Shown here piece by piece: positions 39,967 to 50,156 of a stretch of DNA of 64,000 bases. Position 1 is the stretch's first letter. Each line of letters starts with the position of its first letter. Origin of the DNA: Gammaproteobacteria bacterium. Lineage in GTDB: Bacteria > Pseudomonadota > Gammaproteobacteria > CAJXQU01. Position numbers and translations under genes: made by a program. The stretch lies in the NCBI GenBank assembly GCA_026984775.1, contig JALSRM010000037.1:49604-113603 (forward strand), read 5' to 3'. The notes under the pieces are model-generated. The model was not told the origin of the DNA. It did not search any database and saw nothing but the letters and a program-made list of their open reading frames with translations.

Positions 39967-40665
39967 TCATTTTTGCTCGATTAGCTTGAAATAGGCGGGT
40001 TCATCATCACTGATCATCCGGATTGTGCCGGTAAAGGAGTGGCTTTCACCGGGTTCTAGCGAGATGAGTTCTATATTGTTTCCAGAATAGTCCTGGCTGA
40101 TGGCAATATAACTTCTACCTACTTCGACGCCAAATTTATTGAACAGGATTAGCAGGCTCGAGGGTTTGATGACTTCGTTTGTATTATTATGGACAACCGC
40201 CAGATATTCATAAAGGTTTTTATTATTATAAGATGTTCGTGTGAAAATGATGCTTTTTAGCACCTGATTTTCCATTTTGTAGGGCTCATCGTATTTCAGT
40301 GGTGTGAGGCCAGGAATACGCCCCTGAACCAGACTGTCATTGTCTGCTTTGACTTTTTGTAAATCACTATGCAATTTCCCAATTTGAAAATTTGCCAGTT
40401 CCAGATCATGGGTCAGCATCTTGTTCTCAGTAGAGACACGTTTCAATGAGGCAATGGAAAGTCCTGCACCTGTGAGAAGCAGAAGGAGCATTAGGCCGGC
40501 AATAGTTCTCGTACGCCTATACTTTTTCTCAAGTTTACGGTACGCGCGTGTCCTTTTTGCACGGTTTTTGTTAAAAGGAGTGATATTCCCTAAATCCTGT
40601 TTTTCGCCCTCAATTTCCAGGCGCCCATTCTCTATGGCGGCTAAGTTTTTGCTCTCATCGGTCAT
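39967..40665 (-). CDS. Hypothetical membrane-anchored protein (basic N-terminus, one TM, coiled coil, C-terminal beta-rich domain)
   Basis: TM segment IAGLMLLLLLTGAGLSIA; no recognisable family. Confidence 0.45.
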   Translation of the reverse strand: MTDESKNLAAIENGRLEIEGEKQDLGNITPFNKNRAKRTRAYRKLEKKYRRTRTIAGLMLLLLLTGAGLSIASLKRVSTENKMLTHDLELANFQIGKLHSDLQKVKADNDSLVQGRIPGLTPLKYDEPYKMENQVLKSIIFTRTSYNNKNLYEYLAVVHNNTNEVIKPSSLLILFNKFGVEVGRSYIAISQDYSGNNIELISLEPGESHSFTGTIRMISDDEPAYFKLIEQK

Positions 40666-40821
40666 GTTATTGGGAATAGATTTTGATTTGGATAGTTTTA
40701 TATTACCCTATTATCAAGGCCACATCGAAGCTAAATAACCTTGATTTATCCAAGTTTACATTTGGTTATGAATGGATCGTGTGAGATCGGTCAATAAGAC
40801 CTGTTGATAATCGTTACGAAT

Positions 40822-40959
40822 TTTCAAAGGGTTCGAAAGATCGAGTCGGTCTGGTTGTATGGATTTGTTTGACCAAAATCAACAGTCATTGCTTGAGCTC
40901 TTCCTGCAATAATGAATGCGCTTAAAATTAGAATTCCTCCAATCCATTTTGAAATTGCC
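40822..40959 (-). CDS. Unannotated 45-aa secreted peptide candidate (MAISKWIGGILILSAFIIAGRAQA|MTVDFGQTNPYNQTDSIFRTL)
   Basis: Strong SD AAGGAGG 6 nt upstream of ATG; signal-peptide-like N-terminus ending AQA; absent from the ORF track (<60 aa); lies downstream of the GGDEF-EAL gene on the same strand. Confidence 0.35.
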
Positions 40960-41007
40960 ATTCTTTCCTCCTTAAAATTGACTAGATAGTGTTTGCAACA
41001 CTACATC

Positions 41008-43515
41008 TTATATCGCCAGATGTGGCTGTTCCTTTAAGACTTTCTTTTTTTTCAGTAATTCCGTGACGTCCTTGGCCGGAAGTGGTTGACTGATTAGGAA
41101 CCCTTGGATCAGACCACATCCTCTATCTTTGAGGAAATCGATCTGAGCCTGAAGTTCCACACCTTCTGCTGTTACAGGCAATTCCAGGCTCGTTGCCATG
41201 GCAAGAATGGCAGAGATAATGGGTGCACTCGTGGTTTCAGGTGTAATATCCTGGACAAAACTTCGATCGACCTTGATTTTGTCGATGGGCAGTTTGCTGA
41301 GATAACTGAGGGAAGAGTAGCCAGTTCCAAAATCATCCATGGCAATCCGTACACCAAGCTCTTTGATTGCCGTCAAGGTTTCAGTTACAAGCTCTTCCGA
41401 ACTACTGATTGCGGTTTCGGTCAACTCTATTTCGAGCGCATGCGCAGGTAGAACATTTGATAAGAGGGCGTCCTGGATCACTTCTTTCAGATCATGCCGA
41501 TGCAATTGTGCGGCCGATGCATTGACCGAAACACAGAGTTCGGTGAAGCCTTCATCGTGCCATGCCTTAATTTGCCGGCAGGCTTCCATCAGTACCCATT
41601 CGCCAATGGAGACGATCAGTTCAGACTGTTCTGCAATGGGTATGAAACGGTCAGGACTGATTAGGCCTTTTTCGGGATGGTTCCAACGGATTAGGGCCTC
41701 CACGCTGACGATCTTTCCACTTTTGAGATCAAGCTGCGGTTGGTAGTGAAGCACGAACTCATTTCGGATCAGTGCCTGGCGCATCTCATTTTGCAGATTT
41801 AACCGTTCGAAAGCTGCAATGTTCATGGATTCTTGATAATAGCTGTAGGCATTTTTCCCCTTTTCTTTGGCATGGTACATGGCCATATCTGCATTTCTGA
41901 TCAGAGTTTCTGCATCGAGACCATCCTTTGGGTAGGTCGTGATACCGATACTGGCGCTGACATGTAAGTCATGGTTATCCACATGGAAAGGGATTGATAA
42001 TGCCTCAAGTACTCTGTTTGCCACTGTCGCTGCTTCGTAGGGACTATTGATATTCGGCAGGAAAATGATGAATTCGTCACCGCCAAGCCTGGCCACCGTT
42101 TCCGTTTCTGAACGTGACGTAGAAGGACGGCTAAGATAATCATCAGCCCGTAGACACTGTGCAAGTCTTTCCGATAACTCTCTCAGAACTGTGTCGCCTG
42201 CATGGTGGCCGAGTGTGTCATTGATCACCTTAAAATCATCCAAGTCCAGGTACATCAGTGCCAGTGACTGTTTGTGCCGTCTTGCATGAGCCAGTGCATG
42301 ATTGAGATATTCGCCGAACATAAGCCGGTTGGGTAGTTTTGTCAGACTGTCATGATATGCAAAATACCGGATTTGCTCATTTGACTGGCGGAGGTTTCGG
42401 CTCATTTCCTTGAGTGAGGCTGCGAGTTCACCAAGTTCGTCACGTTTGTTGATATCGATATTGAAACCCAGATTACCCTTGCCAATTTCCTGGGCTGCGT
42501 TTCCAAGTTGCTGCAATGGCTTGACCAAGACATATTTAATGATTAGAAATCCCAATGCGGCAAACAGAAATATAGTGATGCCAACCACGCCACTCATGCG
42601 ATAAAAATAGTCACGGCTACTCTCCATGATCAGCTTCGACGGGAGCATGCTGAACATGTAAAGGTTGTCAGAGATTTTTTGCTTGTGGAGTGTGGCCTTG
42701 GTGCCATGATACTGAATTTCTTTAGGTGATTTTTTGATATTGTCCTTGATCATTTCTTCTACTTTAGGGAGATCGAGTTCTTCTCCCAGCCCAAGATCAC
42801 TCGCATCTCTCAGCACATTACCAAGTTTGTCGGTAAAAAAGATAATCCCAAACTTTTCAGTCAATGCCTTTTCAATGGCTGTATCAATCACATCAATTGA
42901 AGAGATAATATCAAGATAGCCAAAAAGTGATTTATTGATTCCAGAGGAGAGGTCACCGTAGTAAATTTTTCTGGTATGAATAAAAAGTGGGTGCTTGTCA
43001 TCAGGATAGAAAAAAGAAGTCGTATCTCTATGCAAGGAGGTCGTGTCAATTTTGATCTGTTTTGACGCAGACTCATTTTCAGTGGGTATGATCATGATAT
43101 CGGATCCTGAAGTGTTCCGTATCCTGATCAAGATGATTTCGGGATAGACCTGTCGGTAATGCTCAAAAATTTCGGCCAGGTTGGGCATCAGGACATTATA
43201 TTTTTCATAGATATTGTTGCTCTCGGTAAACTTGCGTAATATTTTCGAGTTGACCAGCATTTGGGCAACATTTTCGGTTTCTTCAATCCGTAATTTGAGA
43301 TTTTTGGCTTCTTCACTCGAGAGTACATCCAGTGCCTGTAGGGCGTATTCACGTGTCTTTGACGCAATCTCGGAATAAGTGACCCAGCCCATTAGCAGTA
43401 TCGGGATCACTGCAATTGGTGCGAGAATCAGTAGAATCTTTGCCTGTAATTTCAATGGCTTGCCTTTGGGTAGTTTTAATTTCTCACTCTGCACCATGGG
43501 ATGATGCATTTTCAA
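41008..43515 (-). CDS. Sensor diguanylate cyclase/phosphodiesterase (periplasmic sensor domain-TM-HAMP-GGDEF-EAL)
   Basis: RLGGDEF, EALIRW and DDFGTGYSS motifs intact; an N-terminal periplasmic region of about 270 aa between two TM segments; HAMP-like linker. Confidence 0.85.
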   Translation of the reverse strand: MKMHHPMVQSEKLKLPKGKPLKLQAKILLILAPIAVIPILLMGWVTYSEIASKTREYALQALDVLSSEEAKNLKLRIEETENVAQMLVNSKILRKFTESNNIYEKYNVLMPNLAEIFEHYRQVYPEIILIRIRNTSGSDIMIIPTENESASKQIKIDTTSLHRDTTSFFYPDDKHPLFIHTRKIYYGDLSSGINKSLFGYLDIISSIDVIDTAIEKALTEKFGIIFFTDKLGNVLRDASDLGLGEELDLPKVEEMIKDNIKKSPKEIQYHGTKATLHKQKISDNLYMFSMLPSKLIMESSRDYFYRMSGVVGITIFLFAALGFLIIKYVLVKPLQQLGNAAQEIGKGNLGFNIDINKRDELGELAASLKEMSRNLRQSNEQIRYFAYHDSLTKLPNRLMFGEYLNHALAHARRHKQSLALMYLDLDDFKVINDTLGHHAGDTVLRELSERLAQCLRADDYLSRPSTSRSETETVARLGGDEFIIFLPNINSPYEAATVANRVLEALSIPFHVDNHDLHVSASIGITTYPKDGLDAETLIRNADMAMYHAKEKGKNAYSYYQESMNIAAFERLNLQNEMRQALIRNEFVLHYQPQLDLKSGKIVSVEALIRWNHPEKGLISPDRFIPIAEQSELIVSIGEWVLMEACRQIKAWHDEGFTELCVSVNASAAQLHRHDLKEVIQDALLSNVLPAHALEIELTETAISSSEELVTETLTAIKELGVRIAMDDFGTGYSSLSYLSKLPIDKIKVDRSFVQDITPETTSAPIISAILAMATSLELPVTAEGVELQAQIDFLKDRGCGLIQGFLISQPLPAKDVTELLKKKKVLKEQPHLAI

Positions 43516-43741
43516 GTCATTTTGAGTGTTAAATAATGCAATATTCAGGCCATTACTTTATGGAAAAACAGGTTGTATGGACATGATCCGTGGAAGGTTT
43601 GATGCTGATCTTCCCGGCGACTGGTATCTCTAACTCTAGAAAATCGAGTGTTTGATCACAAGCAGATAAGTAGGAAAAATGAGCGCTTTGACGATTGTTT
43701 TCAGCAATGACAAGTTGAAAATCACAAGGTTACGGATCCAC

Positions 43742-46700
43742 CTAGGAGTTACTGTGCAAGGCATTTCTTATCCGCCAGTCGTCACCCGGTGAAGGCTTCA
43801 AAAGCAGTCTGGTTTTATTACCCTCTCTAAAGGCAACAGGTAACCCGTCTCTGAAGACAATCCGGTTCGTTTTAAGGGAAGGGCAGCGTGGCCCGGGTAA
43901 CAGGATCCCCGTGAGATTCAATGGATCAGCGGCACAGATGGAATAAAGTTGGCCATTGAGTCTTGTTTTTCTTGTCACACGCAGCATTTCCAGTGCATCT
44001 GGTAGTGCAAACTGTTCGCCACTGACAAGGCTGACAAACCTTCCACCACGGATCCTACCCTGAGCTTCCATGCGGCGGTAGCAGCTCAGGAGTTCTCGCC
44101 AGGGAGGCAGATTGTGTTCGCGTTCGAGTAATCTTCGAAAAACAACTCCATAACGTTTAAGCAGTATCATGCAACAAGTTTCTACCCAATTATCCGTTTC
44201 AGTTGCGTGCCTTATCCGTGACCACCGGCCTGCATTGCTTTGACCTAATACAGTTTGCGAAACATGTCTTCTTACCCTCAGAAGGTGTCGGGATTGTCGA
44301 CGGCTTTGTTTGAGATACTTTCTGATGCCAGCAAAACTGTCTGCGGTGATTAGGCCATTTGCGATCAGTTCGGCAAGTGCAGACTCAAATTGGCTGGCCA
44401 GTCCTCCAATGGCACTGAATATTTCATCTTGGAAACAAGCACCGTGTTGAGTGAAATAGTCAAGAATCTGTCGGGCGGTACCGGACAAGGCTGTTTCTTC
44501 CTGTTCATGATGTGTGGATGACGTTGAAAACCGGGTTCGATCAAGAAAAGTTAATGGGAGTGTTTTCAGGCTCGGATTTTTCTGGACACGTTGCTTGTTC
44601 TCCCGATCCTTGCCTCGAAGCCAGATGAAGCGTCCAGAAAGGCAGCACTGATCCAGCCATTCAGGTTGATAATCACGAATACGATCAGGAAGAATCGAGC
44701 TTTCCCATGACTGTGCAGGTGCAACAAAGCCTTCCAGTTGTTCGAGTATGGCGTATACAGAAGCGCTGCCTTCAAGTTTAGATTCTGGTAAAAGGTGCTG
44801 CCATTTAAAGAGGAATTGCATGAACTCTGTTATAGAAACAGGTTTAATTTCATTTCGTAACCTTTTGACTGTATAGTGGTGGATTCTGGCAAGAAGACGG
44901 CGTTCGCACCATTCTGTCTGTTGACTACCAGGAGTGAAACTTCCTTGTAATACAAACCCTTCATTTTCCAGAGCCAGCAGAGCACCCGTGATCAGCTGCT
45001 TCGGAATTTTAAGAGATCTTGCCAGTTCTGATTCAGTTACCGGCCCCAGTCCCTGCAATCGGCAGCGAATGATCTCCAACAAAGCTTTTTCTTTACCTCC
45101 CTGATTTCCGTAAAGATCTGCAAACCACCTCGAGCGTTCTTTGGCAATCCATATTTGCTGATTCTTCAGATAACAGACCCTGCCTTCGGCATGTAATTGG
45201 TACAGGAGACCTCGCCAGTTTCCTGCACCAGATAATTGAGCTTGCTCTTTGACTGAAGAGTATTTTGGCCCCTTGTGTATCTCGTCATCAGTCAGAAAAC
45301 CCAGGATCAACAAGGAATCATGGAGTTCATCAGGGGTTTGCGCATCGGGCCAGGATTCTGTTCGGACCCTCTCAATGGCATCCAGATCGAGTTTGCCGAT
45401 TTCGGAGGCCTCTCGTGGGTCGATCCAGCGACGACTGATGACTGCCTGTGTACGACGTTCCTCAGCAGGGGCCGGATCCAGAAAGGCATAGGGATTGGCT
45501 GAAAGGATAGCCTGTGCCATCGGTGAAGGTTCGGTAAGATCGCTTGCGATCAGCCTTTTCTGGCCAGCTTCGATCGCTTTGAGAATGCTGATCAGGGTGT
45601 CGATATCCATCGCCTCGGTAAGGCAGTCTTCGATGGTCTGTTTGACCAGTGGATGATCAGGGATCTCCCGATCACCAGCAATGTTTTCTAGGCAGGCGAG
45701 CTGCTCAGGAAAGATCACTGAAACCAGGTCTTCAGCATTCATGCGCAGGAGCCTCGCTGGCACTTTCTTCCCGTTTCTGAAACGCGGAATGGCAAAGGCG
45801 CACGTGGCCACCCAGCGCCAACGCGTGGTGAACATGGGTGCATCCAACAGGGCTTGAATAAGGATCTGACGGACGGTTGCACTGTTCAGGAACTTCCAGA
45901 CATCATCGAGAGGGAAACTATGGGTTTCGCCGAGGGAAAGGACAATGGCATCCTCTGTAGCCGCTGCTTGCAGTTCAAAATTGAAGGAACGGCAGAAACG
46001 CTTTCTGAGTGCCAGTCCCCACGCACGATTGACACGACTCCCGAAGGGAGAATGCAACACCAGTTGCATACCGCCTGACTCGTCAAAGAAACGCTCCACG
46101 ATCAGGGTATCCATGGTAGGCATGGCACCAAGCGCATTCCGGCTGGCATGCAGGTAGTCCACTAGCTGATCCACAATCTCAGGTTTTAACTGTAGCTCAT
46201 TGATCAGCCAGTTTTTTGGATCTCCTTTTTCAAGTTGTTCCTCTATTTCTGATCGCAGTCGAGATACCGCATGAGAAAATTCATGACTGCGGGCAGGAGC
46301 TTCACCGAACCAGAACGGGATCGTCGGCGGCTGGCCTTTGGCATCCTGTACCCGTACCACACCCGAATCTACGCGCAGGATCCGCCACGAGGTATTGCCT
46401 AACTGGAAGATATCACCTGCCAGGCTTTCAATTGCAAAGTCCTCATCGAGTGTACCAACGAAGGTATTATCCGGTTCCAGCCGAACCTCGTAATCGGCAG
46501 TATCAGGAATTGTCCCACCATTGGTTATCGCTACCAGCTTCGCACCGCGGCGGGCTCTCAGACGTCTGTTGAGACGGTCATGATAGATCCATGCTCCATG
46601 GCGGCCACGTCGAGTGGTGAAGCCTTCTGCGAGCATTCCGATGACATCGTTGAATGTCTCACGGGAGAGGTTTCTGTATGGCCATGCGCGGATGACACAG

Positions 46701-47977
46701 GCGTAGAGTTCATCTTCGTACCATTCTTCACAGGCGACCATCGCGACGATTTGTTGCGCGAGAACGTCAAGAGGCTGATTTGGAATGGTGATTCTGTCGA
46801 GTTCACCTCGCCGTATAGCATCCATCAATGCAACTGCTTCGACCAGTTCATCTCTGTTTAATGGGAAAAGCCTTGCTTTGGGCAGGCCGCCAACGGCATG
46901 GTTAGCACGTCCTGCTCTCTGCAGAAATGTCGCTATGGAACGAGTGGACCCGAGCTGACAGACCAAATCGACATTGCCGATGTCGATACCCAGCTCCATG
47001 GAAGCCGTAGCGACCAATGCCTTGAGTTCACCGGATTTCAGGCGCTGTTCTGCATTCAGCCGTTGTTTGCGTGAAAGGCTGCCATGATGAGAAGTTATGT
47101 TGTCCTCACCCAGATGTTCAGTCAGGTGCCGTGCAACGCGTTCAGCCATCCGGCGTGTGTTGACAAAAACCAGGGTTGTCCTGTGTTGTTCGATTAGGTG
47201 GATGACCTTTTGATAAACCTCAGTCCAGACCTCACCGGACATTATGGTCTCAAGTGGCGAGTCGGGAACCTCGATTGCCAGATCGCGATCCTGTTGGTAC
47301 CCGGTATCGATGATCTGGCATTGATCGGCTTTGCCTGAAGTGAGGTAGTTAGCGACCTCTCTGATAGGGTTCTGGGTGGCTGAAAGTCCGATACGGACCG
47401 GTGAGTTACCGGTGAGAGTGGACAACCGCTCCAGACTCAGTGCCAGATGTGAACCTCGTTTACTGTTGACGATGGCATGAACCTCATCCACGATGACCGT
47501 CTTTACCGTACGGAGCATCTCACGACCACTGTCACTCGTGAGCAGGATATAAAGCGATTCAGGTGTTGTTACCAGGATATGTGGTGGCAGGCGGCGCATA
47601 CTGGAACGAACGGACTGTGGAGTATCGCCGGTGCGCACCATGGAACGAATCCCGAGCTTATGGCCACCCAGTTGATTTTCGATTCCCTCCAGAGGTACTC
47701 GCAGGTTCTTTTGAATATCGTTGCTCAGTGCCTTGAGCGGTGAGACATAGAGCACACGGGTTTCATCGGGTAGCCCGCTGGCAAGGTCGTCGCGAACAAG
47801 ATCATCGATCGCAGTCAGAAAAGCAGCCAATGTTTTGCCAGAACCTGTCGGCGCAGCGATTAACGTGTCAGAATGTGACTTGATCGCGGGCCATGCCTGT
47901 AACTGACAGGTGGTTGGCTCGTCAAAAGCATATTTGAACCAGTCACTGACTGCTGGATGGAAGAGTTCTAATGACAC
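43742..47977 (-). CDS. lhr: Lhr-family ATP-dependent DNA helicase (large helicase-related protein) with long C-terminal extension
   Basis: 1411 aa; N-terminus FHPAVSDWFKYAFDEPTTCQLQAWPAI; Walker A APTGSGKT, DEVH box (VIVDEVH), RecA2 motifs, then Lhr-specific WH/domain 4 and a C-terminal region. Confidence 0.9.
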   Translation of the reverse strand: MSLELFHPAVSDWFKYAFDEPTTCQLQAWPAIKSHSDTLIAAPTGSGKTLAAFLTAIDDLVRDDLASGLPDETRVLYVSPLKALSNDIQKNLRVPLEGIENQLGGHKLGIRSMVRTGDTPQSVRSSMRRLPPHILVTTPESLYILLTSDSGREMLRTVKTVIVDEVHAIVNSKRGSHLALSLERLSTLTGNSPVRIGLSATQNPIREVANYLTSGKADQCQIIDTGYQQDRDLAIEVPDSPLETIMSGEVWTEVYQKVIHLIEQHRTTLVFVNTRRMAERVARHLTEHLGEDNITSHHGSLSRKQRLNAEQRLKSGELKALVATASMELGIDIGNVDLVCQLGSTRSIATFLQRAGRANHAVGGLPKARLFPLNRDELVEAVALMDAIRRGELDRITIPNQPLDVLAQQIVAMVACEEWYEDELYACVIRAWPYRNLSRETFNDVIGMLAEGFTTRRGRHGAWIYHDRLNRRLRARRGAKLVAITNGGTIPDTADYEVRLEPDNTFVGTLDEDFAIESLAGDIFQLGNTSWRILRVDSGVVRVQDAKGQPPTIPFWFGEAPARSHEFSHAVSRLRSEIEEQLEKGDPKNWLINELQLKPEIVDQLVDYLHASRNALGAMPTMDTLIVERFFDESGGMQLVLHSPFGSRVNRAWGLALRKRFCRSFNFELQAAATEDAIVLSLGETHSFPLDDVWKFLNSATVRQILIQALLDAPMFTTRWRWVATCAFAIPRFRNGKKVPARLLRMNAEDLVSVIFPEQLACLENIAGDREIPDHPLVKQTIEDCLTEAMDIDTLISILKAIEAGQKRLIASDLTEPSPMAQAILSANPYAFLDPAPAEERRTQAVISRRWIDPREASEIGKLDLDAIERVRTESWPDAQTPDELHDSLLILGFLTDDEIHKGPKYSSVKEQAQLSGAGNWRGLLYQLHAEGRVCYLKNQQIWIAKERSRWFADLYGNQGGKEKALLEIIRCRLQGLGPVTESELARSLKIPKQLITGALLALENEGFVLQGSFTPGSQQTEWCERRLLARIHHYTVKRLRNEIKPVSITEFMQFLFKWQHLLPESKLEGSASVYAILEQLEGFVAPAQSWESSILPDRIRDYQPEWLDQCCLSGRFIWLRGKDRENKQRVQKNPSLKTLPLTFLDRTRFSTSSTHHEQEETALSGTARQILDYFTQHGACFQDEIFSAIGGLASQFESALAELIANGLITADSFAGIRKYLKQSRRQSRHLLRVRRHVSQTVLGQSNAGRWSRIRHATETDNWVETCCMILLKRYGVVFRRLLEREHNLPPWRELLSCYRRMEAQGRIRGGRFVSLVSGEQFALPDALEMLRVTRKTRLNGQLYSICAADPLNLTGILLPGPRCPSLKTNRIVFRDGLPVAFREGNKTRLLLKPSPGDDWRIRNALHSNS

Positions 47978-48012
47978 AGTACAATGATAACATTTTCACT
48001 CGTGAAATAACG

Positions 48013-48450
48013 ATGCGTCCCATTGGCTATGTGAAAACCGAGATACCGGATAAAGATGTTTCTAAAAGGCGGGCTGAGATGGTCTCAGAAATCGTCATCG
48101 CTGATCAATGGCAGGACGCGCTTACCGATATTGAGGCGTATTCACACCTTTTTGTTCTTTTCTGGATGCATAAGAAATCGGATAATGTCATCGAACAGCG
48201 TGTCCATCCAAGAGGCGATAAAAATCTGCCATTAACGGGGGTGTTTGCGACACGTTCAGGCAATCGCCCGAATCCGATCGGTCTAGCCGTTGTGGAATTG
48301 CTGCAACGGAAGGGTACTCATATCACTGTCCGGCGGCTGGATGCATATGACGGGACACCCATTCTGGATCTAAAACCCTATGATGATTATGATGTTTTTC
48401 AATCGATTCGTGTTCCTGAGTGGTGGGCCATGCGATGCAGAAAAAAATAA
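48013..48450 (+). CDS. tsaA: tRNA (t6A37) methyltransferase TsaA/TrmO (YaeB family)
   Basis: MRPIGYVKTE...FATRSGNRPNPIGLAVVELL...GTPILDLKPY are the TsaA signature segments; the ATG at 47971 would make the gene overlap the lhr start on the opposite strand. Confidence 0.75.
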   Translation: MRPIGYVKTEIPDKDVSKRRAEMVSEIVIADQWQDALTDIEAYSHLFVLFWMHKKSDNVIEQRVHPRGDKNLPLTGVFATRSGNRPNPIGLAVVELLQRKGTHITVRRLDAYDGTPILDLKPYDDYDVFQSIRVPEWWAMRCRKK

Positions 48451-48929
48451 CCATTACTGCTGTACTCTTGGTTTCGTCAGCACTGGTACTTGCAAAGCCA
48501 GTTGATGGAAAGTCTTTTGATGACTGGACCGTACGCTGTGAGAAACATCATGGGCAAAAAAGCTGTTTCATCTATCAGAATCTCGTCCTGCAGGGTGCCG
48601 GTAGCCGACTTCTGCATATAGCCGTGGGGTATCTTCCCGGGGAAAAGCAGGTGCCTGTAATCCTGGTTTCTATGCCGCTGGGAATATCCCTACCCCCCGG
48701 TGCCAGCATTCGTATTGATGATAATGAACCCATACGTTTTCAGATCGAACGCTGTGAACCTCAAGGTTGTCGTGGTGGTTTTAAGCTCAGTAAGGAGATG
48801 CTTAAGATGTTTAACCAGGGCAAAACGGCCACGGTAATCTTTCATGACGGTAGACGGAAAGCGATTGAAGTGCCACTCTCTCTGAAAGGTTTTTCCGAAG
48901 GGTTGAAATCCCTGCGAAACCAGACTTAG
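48435..48929 (+). CDS. Invasion-associated locus B (IalB)-like periplasmic protein
   Basis: Signal peptide MQKKITITAVLLVSSALVLA; WTVRCEKHHGQKSCFIYQ and CEPQGCRGGF, the IalB-family conserved Cys pattern. Confidence 0.55.
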   Translation: MQKKITITAVLLVSSALVLAKPVDGKSFDDWTVRCEKHHGQKSCFIYQNLVLQGAGSRLLHIAVGYLPGEKQVPVILVSMPLGISLPPGASIRIDDNEPIRFQIERCEPQGCRGGFKLSKEMLKMFNQGKTATVIFHDGRRKAIEVPLSLKGFSEGLKSLRNQT

Positions 48930-48956
48930 AGGTAGACGTTCGCTGTTTACAAGATA

Positions 48957-49460
48957 ATGAAAAACAATTCAGTCCCGCCTATATCACTTGCCTTATTGAA
49001 AGATCCGTTTCATTGCCTTGCCTTTGGATTTGGCACAGGTTTTGCACAAATAGCACCAGGTACGTTCGGTACGCTTGTCGGACTCCCTTTGTATCTGGCC
49101 ATGCAACCATTGCCGCTTTTACCGTACTGTGTGATGACGGCCATATTATTTATTGTCGGCATTTGGATCTGTGACCGCGCAGCCAGGGAATTGAGGGTCC
49201 ATGATCATCCTGGTATCGTCTGGGATGAGGTGGTCGGATATCTTGTAACAATGACTCTGAGCCCCCCTGAGTGGGGCTGGATGGTATTGGGTTTTATCCT
49301 GTTTCGTATATTTGATATTTTCAAACCTTGGCCGATAAAGAAGATTGATCAGAGGATCTCAGGTGGCTTTGGCATCATGCTGGATGATCTGATCGCTGGT
49401 GGCTTTGCATTGGCATGTATGCAGTTACTCATTCATGTCGGCAGCATGAACATTTTTTGA
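48957..49460 (+). CDS. pgpA: Phosphatidylglycerophosphatase A
   Basis: FGFGTGFAQIAPGTFGTLVGLPLY is the PgpA signature; 167 aa. Confidence 0.85.
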   Translation: MKNNSVPPISLALLKDPFHCLAFGFGTGFAQIAPGTFGTLVGLPLYLAMQPLPLLPYCVMTAILFIVGIWICDRAARELRVHDHPGIVWDEVVGYLVTMTLSPPEWGWMVLGFILFRIFDIFKPWPIKKIDQRISGGFGIMLDDLIAGGFALACMQLLIHVGSMNIF

Positions 49461-49488
49461 AAATAGCAAGGAAAGAGGATTCGGAAAC

Positions 49489-50118
49489 ATGGAAAATGAA
49501 CAGAGCAGATACTGGGACAGGTTCTCGGTCCGTCTAATGGCTTTTTCCATCTTTTTATTAATGATGTCAACCTCGGTATTCGCCGATGTATATAAATACG
49601 TTGACAAGAACGGTCATGTTTATCTTACAGATCGGCCCGATCATAAAGGCTATAAACTTTTGGTAAGGACCTGGAAGGGCTGGCAGGAGAAGAAAACGAA
49701 TTATGTTGATTTAAAAAAACGGCGAAAGAAATACGAGAAGATCATCAAGACTGCTGCAAGAAAAAATAAACTTCCAGATGCCCTTGTTCACGCTGTGATT
49801 ACGGCTGAGTCAGCCTATAACCCCAAGGCCAAATCACGTGCTGGGGCCGTCGGCATGATGCAGCTGATGCCTGCAACAGCTGAGCGTTATGGAGTGAATA
49901 ATCGCAAGGATCCTGAACAAAATATTGCAGCTGGAACACGGTATCTACGTGATTTGCTGGAGATGTTCGATAATGATTTGAAACTGGCGTTGGCGGCTTA
50001 TAATGCTGGAGAAGGTGCGGTCATGAAATATGGCAATAAAATCCCACCCTACAAGGAAACACAACATTATGTAAAAAAAGTTCTGAAATATTACAAGAAA
50101 TACAGTTCAACACTATAA
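49489..50118 (+). CDS. Lytic transglycosylase (SLT domain) with N-terminal DUF4124-like segment
   Basis: SLT catalytic motif ESAYNPKAKSRAGAVGMMQLMPATA; N-terminus VYKYVDKNGHVYLTDRP. Confidence 0.75.
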   Translation: MENEQSRYWDRFSVRLMAFSIFLLMMSTSVFADVYKYVDKNGHVYLTDRPDHKGYKLLVRTWKGWQEKKTNYVDLKKRRKKYEKIIKTAARKNKLPDALVHAVITAESAYNPKAKSRAGAVGMMQLMPATAERYGVNNRKDPEQNIAAGTRYLRDLLEMFDNDLKLALAAYNAGEGAVMKYGNKIPPYKETQHYVKKVLKYYKKYSSTL

Positions 50119-50156
50119 AAGCAAGGCAATGGTTCTTTAAGTTTGTCGGCCCTGGT

